From NCBI GenBank assembly GCA_036351155.1, contig JAZBOO010000357.1:1-10420 (forward strand): a stretch of 10,420 nucleotides of DNA, read 5' to 3'. The first letter of the stretch is position 1. Each line of letters begins with the position of its first letter. Shown here piece by piece: positions 1 through 6,943 of this stretch. A program made the translations under genes and the position numbers. The DNA is from Candidatus Krumholzibacteriia bacterium. GTDB taxonomy: Bacteria > Krumholzibacteriota > Krumholzibacteriia > LZORAL124-64-63. A model generated the notes under the pieces. It saw only the letters and a program-made list of their open reading frames with translations, was not told where the DNA came from and searched no databases.

Positions 1-1
1 A

Positions 2-1666
2 GACAACCAGCTCACCGTGTCCAACTGTGTCTTCCGGAATAACAGCGCGATGGGGTCCGGTGGAGCCATCGCCAAGACGGACGGTACGCTGATCCTGGAG
101 GATGTGCTCCTTGAAGAGAACGTAGCTTTATTGAGTGGCGGCGCGATTTTCACCGCCGATGTGTTCATCGACGCCAACGCCTGTCGCCTCGATGGGAACT
201 GGGTCACCGAAGGCGAAGTGGGCGGCTGGCAGATTTCCCACCCCGTCGACGAGAGCGTGATCGTGGATGTGGAAGTGGGCAATACCCAGGGGTCGGGCAT
301 CGGCGTGGCTGAGCTCGATGCCGTGTTGACGTTCCGATCATGCCTGTTCTGGGACAACGAGTCCTCAGGGAGCGGTGGCGGTCTCCAGATTCTTGGCGAT
401 GATCCGGCCGACGCGCTGGTGGAAGACTGTGAGTTTCACGGGAACATTTCCGGCAGTTGGGGCGGCGGCTTGAGGTCCGATTGCCAGACCGCCGTGTTCA
501 ATTGCCTTTTTCTGTTTAACCAGGCCGAAGATGGTGGCGGCCTCTTCTCAGCGGACGGTCACCTGGTCAACAATGTGTTCACGGACAATATTGCGACCGG
601 AGGGAATCCGTCACGTGGGGGTGGTGCGTATCTTAATGATGGGATGGTCTTCGACAACCGCTTTGAACGAAACACTGCGGACAATGGTGGGGGTCTCTAT
701 GTCAGGGATCTCATTGTTCCGCTGACCGGGGGAATTTTTCTGGATAACACGGCCACAGAGGGAGGCGGGGGTCTGTATGTGGGAACCGGTGAGGTCGATA
801 CTTCCACTTTTGTCAGGAATCACGCAAACCGGGGCGGTGGCCTTTACCACGAGGACCACTACGTGTGGCACAGTGTCTTCTGGGACAACTCGGTCGATGG
901 AAACGGTGCCGCCGTACTCACGCCCACGCAGTCGTATCTGATCCAGTGCACCATCGTGGGCAACACGGTCATCAGTGAGGAACCCAGAGGAGCGCAGGTT
1001 GTCGCCTGGAGGGAATGGGATGAACCGGTGCCCGCCCTAATGCCCGCTCTGCATAGATGCATCGCGGCGTTCGGCCACAATTGCGGAGTCCTGGATATGA
1101 TCCATGAGGATTTTCCCTGGCCCCAGAAAGACATGCCCGAGGAACCATCGCGACTGGCCTACTGTTCCCTCATTTATGGAAACGATATCGGTTACTGGTC
1201 CGATAACGACCCTTCGGATCTCGATTGCATAGCCTCGGATCCCTTGTTCTGTGACCTCGAGGCGGGAGACCTGACACTCCACAGCAACTCGCCGGCTTTG
1301 CCTGAAAATAATGATTGCGGCGACCTCATGGGTTTCTTTGGTGTGGGCTGCACCGTGGCCTCGGGAGTGGAGGACAGCCTTCCCTCGGCGGTCACCGCCT
1401 TGCTGGGCAACCATCCCAATCCCTTCAACCCCTCCACCACGGTGGAGTTCGCCCTGGCTCGCGATGGGCAGGTGGTTCTGGAGGTCGTGGACCTGAAGGG
1501 GCGGCGCGTGGCCAGACTGGTGAGTGAGCACCGGTCGGCAGGACAACACACTGTGCGTTGGGATGGTCGGGATGATGCGGGCCGGGAGGTGCCCAGCGGC
1601 ATCTATCTGGCTCGGCTGGTTGCAGCGGGCTCCGTGAGCGCACACCGGCTGGCCCTCATCCGCTAG
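2..1666 (+). CDS. 5'-partial right-handed beta-helix (Chlamydia Pmp-like GGA/FxxN repeat) secreted protein with C-terminal FlgD Ig-like / T9SS-type sorting domain
   Basis: Frame is open from the window edge (DNQLTVSNCVFRNN...), so GTG 17 is probably not the true start. Repeated FxxN...GG(A/G)(I/L) motifs (FRNNSAMGSGGAI, FWDNESSGSGGGL, FHGNISGSWGGGL, FERNTADNGGGL, FLDNTATEGGGGL). Cys-containing linker DPLFCD...NSPALPENNDCG..MG..GVGC. Tail NHPNPFNPSTTVEF...GRRVARL...WDGRDDAGREVPSGIYL. Confidence 0.88.
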   Translation, partial: DNQLTVSNCVFRNNSAMGSGGAIAKTDGTLILEDVLLEENVALLSGGAIFTADVFIDANACRLDGNWVTEGEVGGWQISHPVDESVIVDVEVGNTQGSGIGVAELDAVLTFRSCLFWDNESSGSGGGLQILGDDPADALVEDCEFHGNISGSWGGGLRSDCQTAVFNCLFLFNQAEDGGGLFSADGHLVNNVFTDNIATGGNPSRGGGAYLNDGMVFDNRFERNTADNGGGLYVRDLIVPLTGGIFLDNTATEGGGGLYVGTGEVDTSTFVRNHANRGGGLYHEDHYVWHSVFWDNSVDGNGAAVLTPTQSYLIQCTIVGNTVISEEPRGAQVVAWREWDEPVPALMPALHRCIAAFGHNCGVLDMIHEDFPWPQKDMPEEPSRLAYCSLIYGNDIGYWSDNDPSDLDCIASDPLFCDLEAGDLTLHSNSPALPENNDCGDLMGFFGVGCTVASGVEDSLPSAVTALLGNHPNPFNPSTTVEFALARDGQVVLEVVDLKGRRVARLVSEHRSAGQHTVRWDGRDDAGREVPSGIYLARLVAAGSVSAHRLALIR

Positions 1667-1697
1667 TGGCCCGTCCCGGGCTGTTGGGGCAGGAAAA

Positions 1698-1729
1698 GAA
1701 AAAGGCTCCCTTTGCCGGGAGCCTTTTTC
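1698..1729. terminator. Bidirectional intrinsic terminator
   Basis: Perfect 13-bp inverted repeat GAAAAAGGCTCCC-(TTTGCC)-GGGAGCCTTTTTC with A-tract and T-tract flanks, between convergent stops at 1666 and 1746. Confidence 0.92.
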
Positions 1730-1745
1730 AGGTTGGGCAGTCCGC

Positions 1746-2492
1746 TCAGAATTCCTGATCCGCCAAAGGCTTGATCTTCAAACCCTTGCTGGAAAACACG
1801 ATACGCGGCAGCATGCTGTCCTTGTCGCTGAGCATGGTGGCGAAATCCAGGGTCCAGGTGCAGGTGCGTCCCTTGGTCTCGGTGGCGTCGGTTTCCAGGA
1901 CTTTTCCAGGCACCTTGACCACATGGACGAACTTCAATTCCGCCATGTCGCCCTTGATGACATCCATCATCTCCAGATACTTTTCCATGGTTTCTTCGCT
2001 GGGATTGGTCAGTTCCTCTTCCACCGGTTGGTCGGCTTCCAGGGCGGAGAAATCGTAGCGGGCTTCCTTGAAAATCAGCTGCCCTTCTTCTCCGGCGAAA
2101 ACACCAAAGCCGTCGCCCGTTTCATCCATCACGTACCCCAGAACCCATGAGTAATCTTCAAGGGTCTTGAACTCCATCTTGAAGGAAATGGTTTTGCTGC
2201 CGTCACGCACTTCGGACTTGAAGTTCTTGATCTTGACGTGGGCCTTGCTGGCCACGGCCTTCAGTTCATCCTCGTCGAGGTTCGCCATGTGGGTGATATC
2301 GGTTTCCGGCATATCGCTGATGCCCTCGTAGCGGGCCATGATTTCGGTGACCTTCGGGCTGATGGTCAGTTCCATTTCCGCGGTTCCGGATCCATCTTTT
2401 TTGAGCTCGGTTTCCATCTGGATCTCGATGCAGCCGGTAGAAAGCAGGGTCAGACTCAGGAGGGTCAGAATCAGATAGAACTTTCGGAACAT
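1746..2492 (-). CDS. Putative lipoprotein, LppM/DUF3153-like (248 aa)
   Basis: ATG at 2492 with GAGG 7 nt upstream. Signal MFRKFYLILTLLSLTLLSTG|C with slightly atypical lipobox. N-terminal GCIEIQMETELKKDGSGT and C-terminal VKVPGKVLETDATETKGRTCTWTL resemble LppM-family patterns. Confidence 0.72.
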   Translation of the reverse strand: MFRKFYLILTLLSLTLLSTGCIEIQMETELKKDGSGTAEMELTISPKVTEIMARYEGISDMPETDITHMANLDEDELKAVASKAHVKIKNFKSEVRDGSKTISFKMEFKTLEDYSWVLGYVMDETGDGFGVFAGEEGQLIFKEARYDFSALEADQPVEEELTNPSEETMEKYLEMMDVIKGDMAELKFVHVVKVPGKVLETDATETKGRTCTWTLDFATMLSDKDSMLPRIVFSSKGLKIKPLADQEF

Positions 2493-2584
2493 GGGGATGC
2501 CTCGCACAGGTTGAAGAATATTTCTGTGAGCGGCAAAGATAGTGTCTGAGAATGATTTGGGTATTTTTGACTTAACTGAATCAA

Positions 2585-3427
2585 CTAGCGTTTCAGGTGG
2601 ACTTCCGGATCAAGGGACACCACCCCCACCGTCCCGAATTGCTTCTGGAGGAAGGCCACGACTCCGTCCTTGGTTCCTTCCGCCACGGCGATCATCTCGG
2701 CCAGCTGGGCCGGATCGGCGACAGGATCATCGGTCAGGGCCACCAGCCACCGGGTGGCGGTGCCAGGTTCTCCTGCCGGCCAGGTCAGACCGCTGCCCGG
2801 CGGAGGCAACACCGCGGGCAGGTTGGCGTCCAGATGCCAGCCCGGTACCTGAGTGGTGGGGCACAGCAACCGGGCGCCCTTCTCATCCAGACGGACCACC
2901 ACGGGCCAGCCGGCACGCGCAGGCGTGAAGCGCAGGGCCGCCGGGTCTTCCGGCGCCAGATTCCCGACGCCACCAGAATCCGCAGAATCTCCCTCACCGC
3001 GCACCACCACGGCGGGGCCGAGGCGTAGATCGGTAAACAGGTGAGCCGCGTCCGGTCCTCCACCGTTCCAGGGCCCCAGCAGCACCAGCGCCAAAACCGC
3101 TGCCAGCGCGAAAAACCCTCCGAAGGCGGGCAAAATCTTGCGAGGATTCTTCTGGCTGGACCGGGCGTGCACACGCCGCAGCAGAGCTTGCTTGCTGTGG
3201 GCTGCGGCCGCGGGCACGGTGGGCGACAGGTCGGCAAAAGGGTCATTGTCCAGGGGCGGCAGTCCCTCCACGCCTGCCGCCCGAGATTCCGTTTCCTGAA
3301 CCCGAGTCAGCAGATCACGACATGCCTCACAGGCAGCCAGGTGGAGCTCGAGGCTGCGCCGCGCTTCGGCATCGAGTTCCTCGTAGGCAAGTATGGTGGA
3401 CAGTGCTGGATGCTCGCGGCGGCTCAT
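2585..3427 (-). CDS. Zinc-binding (zf-HC2/ZAS) transmembrane anti-sigma factor with DUF4384-like extracytoplasmic domain (280 aa)
   Basis: Start reassigned to ATG 3427 (AAGGAGG at 3438-3432). H...HLAACEAC (HxxxCxxC) motif, basic stretch followed by TM helix FGGFFALAAVLALVLLGPW. C-domain pattern LAPEDPAALRF...GWPVVVRLDEKG..LLCP...LP...WLVALTDDP resembles DUF4384. Lies directly downstream of an ECF sigma. Confidence 0.85.
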   Translation of the reverse strand: MSRREHPALSTILAYEELDAEARRSLELHLAACEACRDLLTRVQETESRAAGVEGLPPLDNDPFADLSPTVPAAAAHSKQALLRRVHARSSQKNPRKILPAFGGFFALAAVLALVLLGPWNGGGPDAAHLFTDLRLGPAVVVRGEGDSADSGGVGNLAPEDPAALRFTPARAGWPVVVRLDEKGARLLCPTTQVPGWHLDANLPAVLPPPGSGLTWPAGEPGTATRWLVALTDDPVADPAQLAEMIAVAEGTKDGVVAFLQKQFGTVGVVSLDPEVHLKR

Positions 3428-3448
3428 GGCCCCTCCTTGGTATGAAGG

Positions 3449-3479
3449 AAACACGGACCGAAGATGGGCGAAAGTTGCA
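3449..3479 (-). promoter_or_regulatory. Putative ECF-sigma promoter upstream of the anti-sigma gene
   Basis: Minus strand TGCAACT-ttcgcccatcttcgg-TCCGTGTTT, with -35 AAC and -10 CGT cores typical of ECF promoters. Identical boxes and spacing at 8448-8478. Confidence 0.75.
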
Positions 3480-3485
3480 GCCGGG

Positions 3486-4142
3486 TCACGATTCTTCCTC
3501 CGGAAGGTTCCAGCCAAAGCGCTGGACCAGACATTGCCGCAGGCCTACACGTCCCCGGCGGATCCAGGCGCGCACGGTATTCAGCGGCGCCTCCAGGGCC
3601 TCGGCGATTTCCTCGTAGGAAGTGTCGTCACTCATGCGCAGGCGCAGGGCCCGCGCGTGGTCGGGATTGGACAGGGCCTCCAGGCAGCGCTCGACGGCGA
3701 AGGCGGCCTCGTGGTCCTCGGTCAGGCGGGCGGTGTCATCGGTGCCCGGACTCTCGGGCAGGTCCTCGGCAGGTGTGGGCCTCTCGCGGGTTTCCCTGAC
3801 CCGATGGCGGCGCCCCTCTTCCAGAACCAAGAACCAGGCCCGCTTGCGGAACCAGGCCCAGAAGCTGCCCGGTCGGCGGTAGACAAAGCATCCGCCCTTC
3901 AGATCGTCCAGCAGGCGCAGGATCACGTCGTGGGTCCAGTCTTGCCGCAAATGGTGATCTTGGGTGCGCCGGCAGGCAAAGGCGTACACCGCGTCATGAG
4001 ACAGCATGACGAAGGCTTCGCGTGCGTCGGTATCACCCTGGATCAGCCCCTGGGCGAGGCGTGCTTCGGGCCAGGGGGTGTCCGCAGATTCCAGTGCATT
4101 GATTGAGACTGAAGTCTTGGCGTATTGATGACGATCATTCAT
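3486..4142 (-). CDS. ECF (group 4) RNA polymerase sigma factor, divergent region 2 (about 218 aa)
   Basis: GDTDAREAFV...AVYAFA (region 2.1), GSFWAWF (2.3-like), and region 4 LEALSNPDHARALRLR...SYEEIAEALEAPLNTVRAWIRRGRVGLRQCL. ATG 4142 preferred over TTG 4178, but the start is uncertain. Confidence 0.9.
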   Translation of the reverse strand: MNDRHQYAKTSVSINALESADTPWPEARLAQGLIQGDTDAREAFVMLSHDAVYAFACRRTQDHHLRQDWTHDVILRLLDDLKGGCFVYRRPGSFWAWFRKRAWFLVLEEGRRHRVRETRERPTPAEDLPESPGTDDTARLTEDHEAAFAVERCLEALSNPDHARALRLRMSDDTSYEEIAEALEAPLNTVRAWIRRGRVGLRQCLVQRFGWNLPEEES

Positions 4143-4149
4143 GATGGAG

Positions 4150-4178
4150 ATTGAAAGACACCGTCTGGACCCTGTCAA
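4150..4178 (-). promoter_or_regulatory. Possible sigma70-type promoter for the ECF sigma gene
   Basis: TTGACA (4178-4173), 17-nt spacer, TTCAAT (4155-4150), then 7 nt to ATG 4142. The -10 box lacks the normally conserved second A. Confidence 0.4.
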
Positions 4179-4222
4179 GATTTCGCGTCAAAAACTCGCA
4201 CTATCACTCTGCTGGAGGCAGA

Positions 4223-6943
4223 ATGGCAACCTCATGCAACCTGGCCTCAAGGGCCGCCCGCATCACCTTTTCTCTTCTCATCCTCATGGCTCTGGGGCAC
4301 GGGGCCGCGCAGGCGGCACCCGACCGGCTGGCTGTGGCCGACTCGCTGTGGCAAGCCGAGGCCCGGCCGGCAGCCTTTGCCCAGCTGGACAGTCTGGTGG
4401 TCGACGCTCAGGCGGAGGCCGACACCGTCCTGTTGATCACAGGACTCACCCGTCGGGGCATGTGTCTCAAGCAGGATGATCGGCCGGGTGAGGCCGAGAC
4501 CGATCTGCGGACGGCCCTTGATCTGGTGGCCGCCCTGGGGGACTCTGCGCGGGCTTGTGCCCCTCGACGCTGGCTGGGTGTGGCGCTCACGGCCCAGGGC
4601 CGCAACGAGGAGGCTGCTGCCGAGTATCAACGCCTGGCCGGCCTGGCCATGGCCGTGGGCGACACGGAACACGCCGCCTGGGCGGCGGTGGGACTGGGCT
4701 GGGACGCGGACCTGCGACGCGATCACAACGGTGCCCGCCAGAGCTATGGGCAGGCGGCTTCCCTGTTTGCCTCGATTGACGACGCCGAGGGCGAGCTGTG
4801 GGCCCAGCTGGGCGAGGCCAACGCCTGGTTCCATCTGGGTCAGTACGAAACCGCCAGCCGGGGATGGGACCGGGTGGCCCGCCTGGCGCGCACCACCGGT
4901 CTGGCCCGGCACGAGGCCATCACCCGCAACAATATTGCGGGCCTGCAGTTTGCATTGGGCCGCCCCGACATTTCCCGGCTCCACTACGAGCGCGCCGTGG
5001 CCATCTGGGATTCGCTGGGGCAGCAGTGGGAGCGGGTGCCGCCGGTCCTGAACCTGGGCAGCTGTCTGGCCTTGCTGGGGCAGGTGGACCAGGCGCGGGA
5101 TCTCTTCCATCGTGAGATCGCCGCTTGCCGTACGGCGGGATTTGTCGACTACGAGGCGCGTGCCATGCGCAAGCTGGCCGATCTGGAACGGGACCAGGGC
5201 GAGCTGGAGGCGGCCGCAACACATTACCGCCAGGTTCTGGACCTGGGGGACGATCGGCCGGTGCTCGAGCGCGTGGATACCCTGCTGGGCCTGGCCTCGC
5301 TGGAGGTCACCGCCGGGGATCATGTCGCGGCTCTTGCCTGGCTGGCGCAGGCCGATGCTCTGCTCATCGACGATCACACCTCCCAGGCGCGTGTGCGGGT
5401 GGATCTGGCGCGTTCGCGCAGCCTGGCGGCGGGGAGCCGCTGGGCCGAGGCCGGCCAGCTCCTCGACCAGGTGGACACCTTGCTGGGCGAGGCCCGGGCA
5501 CGCTTCGGTCTGGAGCTGGAACTGCTGCGGGCCGATCTGCACGAAGGACAGGGCGAGGCGGTGAAGGGCCGGTCGGCCCTGGAGCGAGCGGCCGAGATAT
5601 GGGACCAGGAACGGGGTCTTCCGCTGGATCCCGACTGGCGTGCCGAGCGAGGGGCGGCGGGCCGCGAAGTTTTTGTCCGGCTGGCGCGCTACCTCGCACG
5701 CGACGAGGGATGCGCCGCGGCCTTTGACCGCCTTCAGCGGGCGAAGGCGCGCACCTTGCAAGAGCAGGTGCGGGGACCGGGCCTGACAGAGGGCTCCCTG
5801 GCAGGTAGCGAGCCCGTGAAGGTGGCCGAGCTGCAAAGTGGCGTGCTGGTGACGGGTGACGTGCTGCTCGACGCTCATCTCTCCCTGCGCGGGGGCGTGC
5901 TGTTTGCCGTCACGGCCGATACTTGCCGGATGGTGGATCTGCCGGCGGATCGAGACCTGGCGCATCGGCTGCGCATCTGGCGGCAGCTCCTGGCCGATCC
6001 CCAGGCGGCCATGTCAGTGATCGCCGACAGTGCGGCCACATTGCAGGCGGATCTTCTGGGACCGGTGGCGCCGCTGGTTTCCTCCGCCACGCGCGTGTTT
6101 TTCTCACCCGATGGAGAGTTGAATCTGGTGCCCCTGGCCGAGGTGGGCCCCTACGGAGACCGTCCCTGGCTGATGGTGCCGTCGGCCAGCTTCTGGCGTG
6201 ATTTGCAGGGGATGGATCGAGACGCCACCCCGGCATCCTCGACCCTTCAGGTGATGTTGCCCGCCGAAAACTCGTCCCGCGCCCTTTCGGGTTCGTCCTG
6301 GCAGGCGGAGCACCTGAGCAGCACCTATGCGAACGTGGCTGTGCAATCGGGGGCCATCGAAGGGACAGTGCTGGCCGACCTGGACGCGGGTGTGCTGCAC
6401 GTGGGCGCCCATGTGCGGGCCGACCCCGACAACGCCTGGCAGTCGGCCATCCTGCTGGACGATGGCCCCGAGGGTGAACTGAGAGCGGCCACGGTGGCGG
6501 CCTCGTCTGTGAACACGCCGCTGGTGGTGCTGGCCAGCTGCAGTTCGGGCGCGGGCCGGGTGCTGGCTGGCGAAGGGGTGCAGGGTCTGGGTCACGCCTT
6601 CCTGGTGGCCGGAGCGCGGACGGTGGTGGCCACGCTCTGGCCTGTCGACGACGATCAGACCGCTCTGTTCATGTCCCGGTTCTATGCTCACCTGGCCGCG
6701 GGGGAAGCGGTGGGCCAGGCGGTGGCGGCGACCCGAGGGGAGCTGAGGGCCGACCCGCGCACCACCCACCCCTTTGCCTGGGCCGGCTATGTTGTGCTGG
6801 GCGATGGGGAGCTGCGGGTTCCGCTGCGCCAGGCCGAAGTGAAGGGGCGATGGGGACAGTCTGCCTGGCTGGCTGTCCCCATCGCTCTGGTCATCCTGTT
6901 CGGCATCGGGATGCCCCGGTGGCGCCGCCGGAAGATGGACTAG
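4223..6943 (+). CDS. Exported, C-terminally membrane-anchored TPR-CHAT domain caspase-like cysteine protease (906 aa)
   Basis: ATG 4223 with GGAGG at 4214-4218. Signal peptide ending AAQA|AP. Many TPR-like helical repeats (e.g. NNIAGLQFALGRPDISRLHYERAVAI, LNLGSCLALLGQVDQARDLF). CHAT motifs RAKARTL, FSPDGELNLVPL, LHVGAH, LVVLASCSSG, GEGVQGLGHAFLVAGARTVVATLWPVDD, HPFAWAGYVVLGD. Terminal TM WLAVPIALVILFGIGM followed by RWRRRK. Confidence 0.93.
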   Translation: MATSCNLASRAARITFSLLILMALGHGAAQAAPDRLAVADSLWQAEARPAAFAQLDSLVVDAQAEADTVLLITGLTRRGMCLKQDDRPGEAETDLRTALDLVAALGDSARACAPRRWLGVALTAQGRNEEAAAEYQRLAGLAMAVGDTEHAAWAAVGLGWDADLRRDHNGARQSYGQAASLFASIDDAEGELWAQLGEANAWFHLGQYETASRGWDRVARLARTTGLARHEAITRNNIAGLQFALGRPDISRLHYERAVAIWDSLGQQWERVPPVLNLGSCLALLGQVDQARDLFHREIAACRTAGFVDYEARAMRKLADLERDQGELEAAATHYRQVLDLGDDRPVLERVDTLLGLASLEVTAGDHVAALAWLAQADALLIDDHTSQARVRVDLARSRSLAAGSRWAEAGQLLDQVDTLLGEARARFGLELELLRADLHEGQGEAVKGRSALERAAEIWDQERGLPLDPDWRAERGAAGREVFVRLARYLARDEGCAAAFDRLQRAKARTLQEQVRGPGLTEGSLAGSEPVKVAELQSGVLVTGDVLLDAHLSLRGGVLFAVTADTCRMVDLPADRDLAHRLRIWRQLLADPQAAMSVIADSAATLQADLLGPVAPLVSSATRVFFSPDGELNLVPLAEVGPYGDRPWLMVPSASFWRDLQGMDRDATPASSTLQVMLPAENSSRALSGSSWQAEHLSSTYANVAVQSGAIEGTVLADLDAGVLHVGAHVRADPDNAWQSAILLDDGPEGELRAATVAASSVNTPLVVLASCSSGAGRVLAGEGVQGLGHAFLVAGARTVVATLWPVDDDQTALFMSRFYAHLAAGEAVGQAVAATRGELRADPRTTHPFAWAGYVVLGDGELRVPLRQAEVKGRWGQSAWLAVPIALVILFGIGMPRWRRRKMD

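Noticed and set aside
3428..3517. N-terminal extension of the anti-sigma ORF given by the track (start 3517)
   Set aside because: Overlaps the sigma 3' end and the promoter motif; ATG 3427 has a strong RBS and places the ZAS motif at the usual N-terminal position.
4235..4264. TGCAAC-N18-CGCATC on the plus strand as a third ECF promoter
   Set aside because: Lies inside the CHAT signal-peptide coding region and the -10 box matches TCCGTGTTT poorly.
4247..5965. 572-aa minus-strand ORF
   Set aside because: Antisense shadow of the well-supported TPR-CHAT gene with no recognisable motifs; typical of high-GC DNA.
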